A stretch of 64,000 nucleotides of DNA from Vicugna vicugna (GCA_013265495.1 MU058781.1:8103009-8167008), one strand, 5' to 3'. Shown: positions 1 to 12,830, counted from the stretch's first letter. Numbers and translations: made by a program. Notes: generated by a model from the sequence alone, not told the origin.

Positions 1-350
1 CATTCATGGCAGACTTGAGTGCTCTGACTTTATCCTGTAGATTTTTGGTACAGAACAGAACCAGAGCCTTGCTTTAAGAAGATGAATTAGGCAGCCTTGG
101 GAAGGAAAGAGGAAGAATTAGGGAGGTGAAGCCTAGCATAACAGTTCACTAGATTTTTACCAGGGTCAAAACAATAGGGAGAGATGGGTAAGGGATAAAT
201 TAAAAATATATTTTAGAGGCAGAATTATCACACATTGTAAGTACCTAGACGTGAGGAGCAAGTAAAAGAAAGAAAGTCTTAGACTTTGTGCTTAGGTGAC
301 TGTTAAAAAGGAAATGTCCCTTGGAGAAGTGAGTTTGCTAGTTTAGATGT
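1..350 (-). mobile_element. Degenerate L2 LINE fragment
   Basis: Purine-rich antisense L2-like motifs: gactttatcctgtag, tattttagaggcagaatt, gcttaggtgactg, agtttagatgt. Confidence 0.55.
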
Positions 351-799
351 CATACATGGCATATGGTTGTGCATGTTCATAGCAATAGAGAATGCTAAAG
401 TCCTTCAGCACTGTGTCTCTTTAAATGTATTCTTCTTCCTGTATTTACTTCTGATTAATTAGCTGTGGGGAAAACAACTTTGAACTGTCCCCCCAGGAGA
501 AAGGGATAGGTTTACATTGATTTATCCCAATAATTCCTATATACTTCTCTATTCAAAGAAACTCGAATTAGGGGTTTATCTGAGCCTATCAATAAACAGG
601 GTTAGTTGGCCCACATAGAGGAAGAACTCTAAACCCTAACTTCTGCGTCTGCAAATCGACAAGCCACAGTCTACTGTTAAGATTCTAAAACAAATGAAAG
701 AAAAGCGAAAAAGTTACTGAAACTTACTGAATCCGATCTAAATTGTTAACTAGTTATTTCACCTAGTTTGATAGAGTTTTCTTTCACTGATGATTTGGC

Positions 800-920
800 C
801 TCCCAACTCTGATCTCTCATCAGAATTATCTGGAGAGATTTTTAGAACTGCAGATTCCGGGGCACCACTCTCGGGAGTTCTGATTCATTAGGTCCACAGT
901 AGAGCCCAGGAATCTGAGAG
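800..920 (+). mobile_element. MER5A-like hAT-Charlie fragment
   Basis: catcagaattatctggagag...gcagattcc...ttctgattcattaggtc...cccaggaatctg follows the MER5A layout. Confidence 0.7.
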
Positions 921-1344
921 AGGAGCCACAGTTTCTTCAACAGTTCTTCATTCAGCATGGTGATACGAATTAGTTTTGCATACCCAATTTTGTGGTAGTT
1001 CATTATAAAACATAGTTTTATTTTAAGTACATTTTTAGACATACCATCTAAATATGCTCTGAATGGAATAGAGTAAAATTTGGCACTGTCTGTGAACTTG
1101 TTTAGATAACTGAACTTTGAGAATGTAGTCACAGGTAATATTAATTACCTTGTGGGCCCACTGAAACTACTGCAAACCAAAATCAGACTTCCATTTGTGC
1201 TTTTGCAAAGGACTTTCCCACCCAGGACTTACGTAATTAGTTATTTTTGTTGTTGTTTTTAATTCAGATTACAAGCTGTACATTTACCGCAGCTAAATTC
1301 TATTCTGTTGGATTTTACTAACAGTAAATTGTAGAGTTAGTAAG

Positions 1345-1500
1345 TTGTAGAGGTTTTGTTGATTTCCTCTGTTATCTATTGAATTTGTGAGCTCTCCAGG
1401 CTTTTCATCATCTGCAGACTTGATAAGAACACCTGTTTTGTCCTCATGCAAGTTTTTATTTAAAAATGTGGAACAGAACAGAGTGGAGAACAGCATTCAT
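1345..1500 (-). mobile_element. CR1/L3 LINE reverse-transcriptase relic
   Basis: Minus strand ...CTGTTCCACATTTTTAAATAAAAACTTGCATGAGGAC...CTTATCAAGTCTGCAGATGAT... translates to LIKSADDEKPGELTNSIDNRGNQQNL, resembling CR1 LFNIFINDLD..LIKFADDTKLGG..N..EDR..IQ.DL. The catalytic-motif relic SADD is at 1407-1418. Confidence 0.75.
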
Positions 1501-1694
1501 GTGTCTAGAAATCTTCGTCTAGAGCCGTATCAGATCTTTAGCCAGCACCCTTTGGACCCTAGCACTCTAATAGGTAATCTACCTTGGAGCTAGTAGCTAG
1601 CTTGCCCTAAGAGAACTCTTGCTCCATCCTACTGATAATTATGTTTGCAGATAATTGTTTCAATATTCAAATCTAGAATATGATCTAAGATTTC

Positions 1695-1918
1695 AGTCAC
1701 AAAGGCATGCTTTTTCCAGGATTGTAGCTGTCTATCCTTAGTTCAGATATATTTTTATAGACAGTCTGTCCAGCTTTTTTGAGAGTTGACTTGAGTAAAG
1801 ATACAAATTGTGGTCATGCAACAGTGTTTTTCCTTTGTGTGGAACCATCACATCTGTGCAGAGATCAGTCCCCAAACCTTGACCTGGTCAGTGCTGGGCG
1901 CCATCGGCTGAACTAGAA
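1695..1918 (-). mobile_element. Ancient tRNA-derived SINE, MamSINE1-like
   Basis: Minus strand has a degenerate tRNA head (TAGTTCAGCCGATGG...AGGTCAAGGTTTGGGGACTGATCTCTG) and a body (CTGTTGCATGACCACA...CTGGAAAAAAGCATGCC) resembling MamSINE1. Confidence 0.5.
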
Positions 1919-2255
1919 TTCATCCCTACAAACAAAAGACGAGAGGAACCTGTGTGTCTTGCTTCCCTGCCAATCTAAGTCAATGAAAAGATGCTAAGAA
2001 AGTACTTCAGGTTTCCTAATTTTTACCTCTCCCCACAATGAACTCTAGTAATTCCATCCATGTTTGTTGATTATTGCTAAACATGTCTGTTCCACAAATA
2101 CACAATATTTGCAAAATTTTCATTACCCCCAACTAAACAACAATAATGTATGGAAGGAAATTAAGATGTACAGAGCTATAGATTTGCTCTATGACAGAAA
2201 AAGTTTATTTGTTTGCTTGCTTGCTTGCTTGTTTTTTAAAGCCTGTGATTTAGAC

Positions 2256-2446
2256 CAGGCATTTGGCTTTCTGGCTAAATTTGGCCCACACTCCATTTTC
2301 TTAAGGTTCATGAGGTGAGAATCATTTTCAGATAGTTGTTATATAAGTACCTACATAATAATAATAATAATTATTATTTTTTCTTAGTCTGAAAAGCCTA
2401 AACACTTACTGTATGGCCTTTTACAGAAAAAATTTGCTGTCCCTGA
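2256..2446 (+). mobile_element. MER58-like hAT-Charlie element
   Basis: The 3' end aaagcctaaacacttactgtatggccttttacagaaaaaatttgctgtccctg matches the MER58 terminus; 5' part ggctaaatttggccc. Confidence 0.75.
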
Positions 2447-4624
2447 TTTAGAATAGCCAAACTAGTCATAAACCTGTCACAAATCTACTGAAGTTTATTG
2501 ATAATTTACATTTTACCTTTAAAAAAAATGTACTGAGTTAGTACTTCTCACCTCCTTGTCACTGAGCAATATGTTGAAGTCGAGCCAATATATTCAGGGC
2601 TCGTTTAGGGGCAGAGCGAGACATGAAACCATAGGGCACTGGGAACCTGATGTCTCTGCCTCCTGGTTCCATGAAGACCCCTGTTGGGCATTCATTTGAT
2701 GTGAATTAGTCAACAAAGCAAACAAGAGATCCCACCATGAAACAGCACCCTTTCTCCATGGTTACTGACAGAAAGTCTCCAAAGAGGCTAATCAGCTCTA
2801 TTAAAAGGAAGATGACATGAATCGTTGATGTAAATAAACAAAATGAAAAAAGCAAATTTTTTTTAAAGCTTCCTCTTTCCCCAGGATAATTCAAAGTCTC
2901 TTTCCAAGCTTCTTAACCCTAAAAAATATAACATGACGGAAAACAAAGAAGCTATAAAACAGGAGATCATATAAATAAAAACAGAAGACATTCTCCTAAT
3001 TTCCTATTTCCTATACATTTGCTACCATTCAGTGATCTTGGAGCCCAAGTTGCTGTCGGATCCTTAGCTAAAGGTTAAGGGTGAAAAACACGCACCTCAC
3101 CCTCCATGGTACCCTTGTGGCTACCCTAAGACTAGTTGCTGTCAGATCCACTGATTTGGGATTCATCTTTCAACAAAGTCTATATGCTGATGAAAAGCTG
3201 CTTTCGTTGCAGAGAGACTGCTAATTGTTTGATTATACAGGTCTTCACATTAATGAAGCACTATTCCATGGGTTTGGAGCATGGAGTGCAACCAAATTAC
3301 CACCCCAGCACTCATGCTGTGAAATCTGATTATTCATTAGCCAGTCAGTGAGTGGTACCAACATCTTTTCTTTTTTCAAACCATCAAATGAGAATGACTA
3401 CTGTTTACCCTCTCCTCCCCACCCCCACTTTAAGAATATGAGGATTTAAATTTGTTGCACACTGGGAAAGAGGAGCGGCAGAGAGACATGGGGTTTCCAT
3501 AAGAGTTGTTTCACACAGTTAATGCGATGTACGTTGTGACAAACAAGGAGCCGTATGGATTGGCGTTTCCTGCAGAAATGGATTTGTTCACACCATCCAG
3601 CTTTACATACATGGGCCTCCTTGAAACAAGGTCTCAACCATGCAAATGCGGTTGCTTGAATAATCTGGAGTTTTACCAGCTCAGAACTGCCTGATGAGAA
3701 TCACTGTAAGGCAAGTGTTCAAAGTAAAAAAGGGGAAGGAGGTCTGTGTGTGCGTGCGTGTGTGTGTTTTATGTTTGTTTGTTCTTTTGTTTATTTATTA
3801 TAAATACTTCTGTCCCTACAAAGAATAGCAGACTAATCACAAGAGGACATAATTACCGGATTAATTTATTAAAGTCACCTTAGATTTTTCGTAAGTGAAT
3901 AAAAATGCTTGCTTCATTTAAACTGCCAACAGAACCTTTTTTTTTTATTATGCCATTTCTGTCTAAAGCCAAGACTGATAGAAATTTAGTGTGACAGGCT
4001 TAAAGAATCCACCTCATGCATTTCAATGCCAATATCAAAAGTCAGAGGAGGAATTCAGCAGATGATCGCTCTATTTATAACTCAAGCTGGATTGGGTTCC
4101 CAAAACAGACGATAGGAATCCCTTCCTCTGTAGGGAGGAAAGATACTGACACTTTGGCAAACGGGATTATCTCTAATGAGATTACACTCAAAGTGATTAA
4201 GATGTGAATTGACACTCCCTGTGAGAGACAAAGAGGTTTCTGAAGAATCAGAAACAGAAGTAAGTGAAGGATCAGAGGGAGAGCCGTTCCCAAGAAAAGA
4301 TACTCTTTTCTCAAAGACCCTGAAAGAACAAGGGGCCAACTTTGTTTTCTAAACCTGCCCACAAGAAAATCAAAGCTTGTGATCATCTTTAAGAGCATCT
4401 CAAAAGTGAAAGAAAACAGACCACAAAATCATTTTCAATAACAAAATGCCTGGAGTCCTTTCTTGCAGTCTGGGGAAGCATCTTTCCAAGAACTTGTGAT
4501 GCCTCCAGCGTGAACACTGCTCTGAAGAAGGCTTCTCATTGGAAACATGGTTTCCAGCATTGAACTGTGTTCATTTACTGTTAAGGGAAACGTAGAGATG
4601 CTGGCGCCAGTGTTTTGCTCATTA

Positions 4625-4720
4625 ATGGATGTAGAAACTGAGGCTCGGGAGGCTCAGGGACTTGCCTGGGGTCCCCACAGTTATTTCGTGGCATTGACAG
4701 CAAGGACCAGAGCACAAGTG
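4625..4720 (-). mobile_element. MIR SINE core fragment
   Basis: gaaactgaggctcgggaggctcagggacttgcctggggtc. Confidence 0.7.
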
Positions 4721-5059
4721 TGCGATAAAAGGCTGGAGAGGTAGTAACAGAACAGGGGCAAAAAATAATGAGAAGCATGTCGAATCCACAAAAAGAAAAA
4801 CAGTTGGGGGAGGAATAGCAAAGGGAACATTATCCGTTTCGAAAAGTTCTTTTAACATAAAAACAAAACAATAGGTACCTCATTTAGCTCCCGCAGCTCC
4901 TCTGAGGCCACCATAGCGGGCTGTATTTCTCTGTGATATCGAACATTCCATCAGCACCAGATACCATAGGCCATGAGTCATTTCTAAAAGAAAGGGACTC
5001 CTACCCCTATAGGCGCGAGACAAACTGGAGTTGGGGGAGGGGAATTTCCAGGTATCACT

Positions 5060-5250
5060 TCAGTTTCTATTCTTACCTTGCTGTATAACCTTTAGAAACT
5101 CTTTACTAAAGGTATAAAACAGGTATAATAATACTTAACCTGTCTCACTAGGGTGTTGTGAAATGTCACTAATTAATGTTTATAAAGCACCTGGAGACTT
5201 TCAAATGAAAAGTTCCACATACAATAATTATGAGTATTAGCATTATCATT
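5060..5250 (+). mobile_element. MIR-family SINE fragment
   Basis: gctgtataacctt...ataataatactt...cactagggtgttgtgaaat...taaagcac. Confidence 0.5.
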
Positions 5251-5669
5251 AACACAGCAATGTTAGTTACCAGCTTCATTATCATTCACGCTCTAGATTT
5301 TTTTGCTAAGAAAGACACTCCCAGTATTTCTTTGTGTGTGTTCTCTCTCTTGCTCCTTCCTTCTACAGCTGGTCTTCACAGGGATTTAGGCATGCCAGTA
5401 CATGAGTTAAGAAACTATCCAATAAGACACATTGTTACAATTTCACATGGGTTTTTTTCTAATTAAATTATTTCCAAGAAATCCTCAAAGCATCCATATT
5501 ATAGGTAAGCATAACTTAGTGGTTTTAGAACTAGTTTTGATCACAGTTCCCTCTGATTATCTAATAAAAAGCTGTGATACTGCTTTTTTGGAAAATTGCA
5601 CCCATACATTTTGCACTTAATTTCAAGGTGTTTATGGACCTCTGAATGAAGGAAATATTTCTCTATTAC

Positions 5670-6280
5670 CTGTGAGAAGCCAGACACTGCTCTAGGCACT
5701 TAGAAAACATTAGTGAATAAAATGCACAGATTCCTGCTCTGCTTGATCTTACATGGGTGAAAGAAAACAGATAATAAAAAACAAATATAATAAATAAAGT
5801 TTATTATGTTAGAAAGGGTAAGTTTTATGCAATAAAAGAAAAATATAGAGCAAGCTAAGAGGAATAGAGAGCGTTTGGTGGGGATTCTCTCCACATCGTG
5901 AAACAGAGCAGTCCAGGTAGGCGCTGCTGGGAAAGTGAGTTTTGAACAGTGGTTTGAAGGAAGTGAATGAATTAGCCAAGCGTATGACTGCTGGAAAAAT
6001 ATTCTGGGAAGAGGAAAGAGCCAGCACAAAAGCCCCAAATTGGGCCAGTGTGCTGGAGCGAGTAAGCAAGGGGAGGGGCAGTAGAAGATGTTATTATTAC
6101 ATAATGGTGGTTTTAACCCAGATGCTAGCATTGGGGACAAAGTGGGCAGATGCTCAGATTCTGGTTAGATTTGCAGAAGTCGAGATTTTCTGACAGTTTG
6201 GAGGTAGAACATAAGAGAAGGGGTGGTGAGCAGATCAAAGCTGGTCCTGAAGATTTTGGTCTGAGCAACTGGAAACTGGG
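5670..6280 (-). mobile_element. L2 LINE 3' region
   Basis: gccagacactgctctaggcact...gtgaataaaa...ttttgaacag...tgaaggaagtgaa...gattttggtctgagcaactgg. Explains ORFs 5700-6140 and 5809-6069. Confidence 0.8.
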
Positions 6281-6383
6281 GCAAGTTTTGGGGGGAATCC
6301 TATTCAAGGACCCCTGCACCACCTCTCCCCTTCAATATTAAGAACAACTAGACCAAGAGCACTTCCTCTCTAAGAGCAGGAGC

Positions 6384-7108
6384 TTTTTTTTAATTGAAGC
6401 ATAGTTGATTTACAATATTCTATTTGTTTCAGGTATACAACATACTGATTCAGTATTTTTATAAATTATACCTCATTTAAGGTTATTATAAGACAATGGC
6501 TGCATTTCCTTGTGTGATGCAGTGTATCCTTGTTGCTTATCTACTTTACACATAGTTTGTATCTCTTAATCACCTACCCTTATCTTGTCCCTCCCTCCTT
6601 CCCTCTCCCCACTGGTAACCACTAGTTTTTTTCTCTATATCTGTGAGTCTTTTTCTGTTTTGTTATATGTATTTGTTTGTTTTATTTTTCAGATTCCACA
6701 TATAAGTGATAACACAGAGTATTTGTCTTTCTCTGTCTGACTTATTTCACTAAGCATAATACTTTCTGGGTCCATCCACATTGTTGCAGATGGCAGAACT
6801 TCATTCTTTTTTATGGCCGAGTACTATTCCATTGTGTAAATATACCACATCTTCTTTATCCATTCATCTGTTGACAGATACTTAGGTTGAAACCATGTCT
6901 TGGCTATTGTAAATAATGCTGCTATGAATTGGGGTGCATGTATCTTTTTGAATTAGTATTTTTGTTTTCTTTGGATATATACCCAGGAGTGGAATTTCTG
7001 GATTATATGGTAGACCTATTTTTAGTTTTCTGAGGAACCTCCATACTGTTTTCCACAGTGGCTGTACCAATTTATACTCCCACCAACAATGTACAAGGAT
7101 TCCCTTTT
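6384..7108 (-). mobile_element. L1 3' end (ORF2 C-terminus, 3' UTR, A-tail), 5'-truncated
   Basis: ORF 6882-7070 [33 protein letters not shown] is the L1 ORF2p C-terminus; T-run at 6384. Confidence 0.95.
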
Positions 7109-7206
7109 AGCAGTGTTTCTCTTTTGTTCCTGCTGATAGACTGTTAGAACTTAAACATTGCCTAACACATATTAGGAGTTTAAGAAACCTTTATTGAATA
7201 AATAAA
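7109..7206 (+). mobile_element. L2 3' tail, second half of a copy interrupted by the L1
   Basis: ttgttcctgctg...ttgcctaacacatattaggagtttaagaaacctttattgaataaataaa. The first half (ctagaccaagag...agagcagg) is at about 6348-6383. Confidence 0.55.
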
Positions 7207-8499
7207 AGACCCTAACAGTGGAGAGAATAGCCTTCACAGAAATGCCCAATCATTCTTCCAACATCACCTTGACCTTTTTGGGATTTAGATTAAGGATGAA
7301 TTTGTAGGGTTTTAGCTACAATATTACTTTCCCTCCATTGCATTCCCTGCCATGCCAACTTTATTATTATTTTTAATAGGAATATAGCAGGGAACCTCAG
7401 GAATATTCAACCAAGTAGCATAGGAATGGCAAGAGAGGTCTTACTTTCTTGTCCATCATCAAAGCCCAGGTAGCCTTACTGCTCATGTCATTAACATTAA
7501 AGTAGTACCCCTCCCTTCTTCTCTCTAAAGATCGCCATCTTCAGTCCAAGATCAGTGAGAAAAGAGTCCAAGCCTATAGGATACATTGGGTAGCAAAGAA
7601 AGCTGGTTCGGTGAAGGTTACCCTGTGCTGTTACTGTGGCACCAGAGAATTCAGAAGCTCCAAGATATGCAAATATTCTGCTATGTTTTCAGAAAGCACT
7701 GTCTGGTAGGATACATTTAAATCAAACATTTGAGAAACTGCAACATCAGAGGCAATCGAAAAGAGAGCTGGAGACTGGAGAAGGCTGAACAAAGCTCTTT
7801 ATAGTCGTCTTTCCTGCAGGTAGCATTATAATACACTTGCTTCTCATGCCTTGAAGTTGAGTCAAATTCAAGTTGTTGATCTACCACTCTATTATATGCA
7901 GGCACGATGTGCTCTGTGGGGGTGACAGAAATATTTTATTCAAGCAAATAGCTTTGGATTCCACATATACTTATTAAATTCACTCACCTCCCTAGCTGAG
8001 CAGTTGGGTAAGATTCTCAACCCATTAGCAGATTCTGTGAAGTCTTCATGTTAACTCCCACCCAGAAGACTCAAAATGTCCACTGAGTCTGAAATTGACA
8101 AAAAAAAAAATCAGGCTTAGAAGCTGAAATGTGAGCACATGGAAATATCAACTAAAATAGTTCAACCACTGAAAACTGAGAAAGCCAAAATCCAGGGGGG
8201 TGAACCTGCTTATGCTGAACTTGCTTATGACACATAGTCAGGGAGAAGCACGGCTGGATCCCATATTTCCAGACAGTACTCTCGGGCAGGGCTCTTCCCA
8301 CCACGCGTGTGGATTCATGCCCTTCTTACAAGTCCGCGTTCATGTGAACAGGCATCTGAGAAGCTCCTGCTTTTTTTTTTTTTTTTTTTTTGCTTTCTGA
8401 TTAAACCACACCTAGGGTAACAGTTACTTCAAAGGTTAGGCAGTGAGCCGAGTACCTGCTAAAGAAAAGTGCTTTCTCGTTTTGATATTTGTATAATGG

Positions 8500-8630
8500 C
8501 TAGGAGCAGGGGGCTGTAAACCTGGTTCTTCTGTTGGCTGGCTGGATCATCCTAGAGTCGAGAAACTCATGCCTCAATTTCCTCTTCTATGGAGGAAAAT
8601 CATTATAATCCACTCCCTTGAAGGGAGGCT
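8500..8630 (+). mobile_element. MIR fragment
   Basis: cctggttct...tgcctcaatttcctcttctat...ataatcc. Confidence 0.45.
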
Positions 8631-9639
8631 TGCAGGTTCAAGACTTCACCAGCCAGTGAATAATCTCACTTTGAAACAGTAATGTCTTTGCTCATTTGAA
8701 GATTTGTAACAATTTGTCACCTTCCTTCCTTCTATAAAAATAGCTTAATATTAACAAAATAGATCCACAGCTTTTGATAAAGGATGTGATAAGATAGACA
8801 ATAATTTTAAAGGATGCTTGTGAAGAGTTAGTTGTGATACAGGAGATACTTTTGTAATGCTATTAACTGAAGAAATCTGAACAGGACTGTATATATGACA
8901 TTATCCCAAATACAGGTGTTTTCTAACCTGCATGACAGCAAAACATTGGTTGGCTCTGACAGGTGAGTTCATGGGTGGATAGTTGTTTTTTTAATTTTCT
9001 TCTTTGAGCTTTTCTCTATTTCCATGAAAAAAAAAAAAACCACTTTTCTTCAAGGAAAATAAATAAGCTTTGTTTTTTAAAAAGATTTATGACCCTGGCA
9101 TTTTGCAAGTACCTGAAAATTTATGCACTTAGCAAACATAGGCCACTAGACTCCGCTCAGAATATAAATGAGCCCTGATAGACTAGAATGTATCTCATGC
9201 TTCTTTCAAATTCCAGCAGTTACTTAAATATTTTTGCCCTTGACTCTGTTGCTAGAAAAGTCTAATGACAAGAATATGAGGTTAGAGCTGAGAAGTGGGG
9301 TCTTTTACCAGAGCCAAGAGCCGTATGATTCTCAGAAACCAGTCTGAATCCCTACATAGTATAAGACACATGTTAGACAGTAAATAAAGCCAGATTAATT
9401 GACTGACTTACAGCTAAAAAGCCATCTGCCTTCAGCTTTCCCCTTATGCCATTTGTCAGGCCGGCGGCCCTGGGCCCTGGTCCAGGCCAAATGGTACTTC
9501 CCAGGCTCCTAACTGAGGATGTAGGCTTTAAAAACATGAGTTGGAATACCTAGACCATAGATGGCAAATACATGTGTGTGCATGAGCTGCCTACCTACTA
9601 CTGCTTTCATTTCCCTAGCAAGTATTACTCATGGATAAA

Positions 9640-12320
9640 GGCTTGCATCTTTTATTGAATTTGGTTTATTAGTATTTTGCTGAGAATTTGCATTTATGTT
9701 TATCAGGTATATTGGCCTTTTTTTTTTCTTTTCTTTTCTTCTTTTTCCTGGTAGTATTCTTAACTGGCTTTGGTTTCAGGGTAATTCTGACCTTGTAAAA
9801 TGAGTTTGGTAGTGTTGCTTCCTCTTCAGTTTTTTGAAAAAATTTGGAAAGGATTGGCATTAATTCTTCTTTAAATGTTTAGTAAATGTTCACCAAAGAA
9901 ACTATCTGGTTTTGAGCTTTTCTTTGTTGGGAGATTTTTTTTTTAAATTACTGATCAGGTCTTCTTACTCATTATTGATCTGTTCAGATTTTCAGTTTCT
10001 TCATTATTCAGTCTTTATTGGTTGTATGTTTCTAGGAATTTATTTATTCTTCCTGGCTTTTCAATCTGTTAGCAAACAGTTATTCATTTTAGTCTCTTAA
10101 TGATCCTTTATATTTCTGTGGTATCAGCTGTAATGTCTCCTTGTTTACTTATAATTTGATTTATTTGACTCCTCTCTCTTTTTTTCTTGGTTAGTCTAGC
10201 TACAGGTTTGTCAATTTTGTTTCTCTTTTCCAAGAACCAAGTCTTAGTTTTTTTCCCTAAAATCTTTCCTTTTGTTTTCTGTTCTCTAGTTATTTTTGCC
10301 ATCATCCACATTATTTCCTTTATTCTGCAAACTGGGCTTAGTTTCTTCTTCTTTTTCTGTATCCTTGAGGTGGAATGTTAGGTTGTTTATTTGATATCTT
10401 TTCTGATGTATGCATTTATAGCTATAAACTTCCCTCTTAGAATTGCTTTTTCTGTATCCCATAAGTTTTGGTATGTTGTGTTTCCATTTTCTTTTGCCTC
10501 AAGATATTTATTAATTTCCTTTTTCACTCCTTCTTTGATTGATTGGCTATTGAGGAATGTGTTAATTTTCATGTATTTGTAAATTTTCCAGCTTTCCTCC
10601 TGTTATTGACTTCTTCTGTGGCTTAACATATGATCTATCCTAGAAAGTCTCATATGTGCTTGAGTCCCATTGTGTATTCTGCTGCTGTTGAATGCTTGGT
10701 CAAGTCTGCTGTTGAAACTCTATTGAATTCTTCAGTTTAGTCATTGTATTCTTCATTTCTAGGATTTCTGCTTGAATTTTTTTGATGATTTCTATTTCTT
10801 TGTTGAACTTCACCCTTTGTACATGCATTGTTTTCCTAACTGTGTTTACCTGTCTGTCTATGTGTTCTTACAGTTCACTGACCTTCATTAAGAAGATTAC
10901 TCTGAATTCTTAGAGATTTCGTAGATCTCCATTTCTTTAAGGTCGGTTATCGGAGCTTTGTTAGTCTCCTTTGGTAGTGTCATGTTTACCAGATTATGCT
11001 CTTTGTAAACTTGCACTGATATCTGCACATTTAAGTAGGATCTTCTCTTCCAGATTTTATTGATTTGCTTGGTCAGGGAAAGACCTTCACCATTCAGCTC
11101 AGCTTGGGATACTGGAGAGGTCATCTGGCAGTGTCCATGGGTGGGTGGGGCTTGCTGTTGGGATCTCTAGTTAGACGAGGCTGCTGTGAGATGGGGGAGA
11201 AGAATTGCTGCTCTGTGGTCAGATGGGTCTACTGGTTGGGTTCTGCAATGACTCTTGGTTGGGTGGGGCCTCAGGCTGTTCTTCCCAACCTTATGGCACT
11301 TCTGGCTGGACTCCACATACAGGCAGGGCTGCATGCAGAGCCCTGTGGTTCAGTGGGACCTCAGGATTTGCTCTGTAATCATGTGGATCTGAAGGTTGTG
11401 CCCTGAAGTTGAGTACAGCCACAGGCTAGATTCGTAGGCAGGTAGGCCATCGGCAGTGTTCCACTGTTGGGTGTAGTCACTGGCCAGGCTCTCTGGTTGT
11501 ACAGGGCCTCCAGCTGTACCCTACAGTTGAGTGGGGCTCGAGACTGAGCTACATGGTTGGACAGGGTCATTGGCTGGGCAGGGTTATAAGTGGGTCGTGC
11601 CCTAGGATAGGCTCCAAGGCTGCCCAGGTCACTGTTCAGGTTCCCTGGTTACGCAAAGTCAGAGGCTATGCTCAGATGTAGGACAGGGCTGCTAGCATGG
11701 CTCCCTGCCCAAGCAGGCTCTAGGATGGGCTCCACAGCTTCTGGGTTCTTGGGCCAGGTTTTCTGATGGGATGGGGCTGGAGGTTATGTTCCACAGCTGG
11801 GTGGAGTTTAGAACTTGCTTCTCTGCCCATGCAGGGCCGTTGGCTCGGATCTCTGCTCAGGGGCTGCTGCAAACAAGAACTTGGTCTGACAAGATCTGAG
11901 TGTTGGCTGCTGTGAGCCCCACACCCCCCTCTCCATCTCTGTGTTATCCTGTGGTCAAGCTGGGCAGAACAACCCAGTGATCTCTGAGGTGAGACCCAAG
12001 TGGTCCTCCTGGGAAGGATCCTGCAACACTGAGGAAGCTGGATGTCCACCTTGCATTCTCTTTTCCCATTGGGGAAACCATAGGCCCAGGGATCCCCTCT
12101 CAGTGTGGTGTTTATGCCGCCCTGGGGGAGGGAAAATGCATCCAGAGTGAAACTGCTCCTCTTACCCTTCTGATGATGTCCTTCTGTGTCTCTGCGGTCC
12201 AGGGGGGTGCTTCAGCCTTGTCCTCAGGGTCTGGTGTCTTGTCATTGATAGTTCCTAGTTGCACTTTTTGTGGGGGAGACTGAAGTCAGGAATGGCCTAT
12301 AACACCATATTGATGATGTT
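9640..12320 (-). mobile_element. Rearranged L1 (5' UTR, partial ORF1, partial ORF2); non-functional
   Basis: ORF2p peptides [40 protein letters not shown] and ENGNTTYQNLWDTEKAILRGKFIAINAYI (9669-10572); ORF1-like sequence at about 10695-11050; GC-richer L1M-type 5' UTR to about 12320. Confidence 0.9.
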
Positions 12321-12324
12321 GAGA

Positions 12325-12830
12325 TTTCATGTTTTTCATGACCTTGATAGTTTTGAAGAGAACTGGTCAGGAATTTTGTCGAAATGTCTCAATTTGGGTT
12401 TTCCTAATGCTTTTCTCTTGGTGAGGCTGAGTTGTGGGTTTGGGGGATGGATACCACGGAAGCAAAGTGCCCTTCTTGTCACATAGTATCAGAGGGTTCA
12501 TGACATCAGCATAATTCATCCCTGGTGATATTAACCTTGGTCACTTGGGTAAGGTGGTGTTTTTAGGTTTCCCCACTGTAAAGTTTCTGTTCTCCCCTTT
12601 TCATTCTTTTTTCTTTAGAAGCACATCACTAAGTCCAGACCACACTCAAAAGGAGAGAAATTATGCTCTCCTTTCTGATGAGAGGACCATCTACATATAT
12701 TATTTGGAATTCTTCAGTAGGAAGATTTGTCCATTCACCCATGTTTGTTTGTTTGTTTGTTTGTTCAACCATTCATTTATGTCAGTCTGAACTCATAGAT
12801 ATTTATTTTATTCTTTGAGTTATGTAGTGT
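12325..12830 (-). mobile_element. L1MC-like 3' UTR fragment
   Basis: catgaccttgatagttttgaagagaactggtcagg...ctggtgatattaaccttggtcacttgggtaaggtggtg. Confidence 0.75.

Noticed and set aside
5700..6140. 146-aa ORF, the longest in the window
   Set aside because: Lies entirely within a decayed L2 3' region.
7600..7915. Minus-strand exon-like segment (PAYNRVVDQQLEFDSTSRHEK...)
   Set aside because: Weak acceptor, no donor, peptide unrecognised; a faint transposase resemblance was not convincing.
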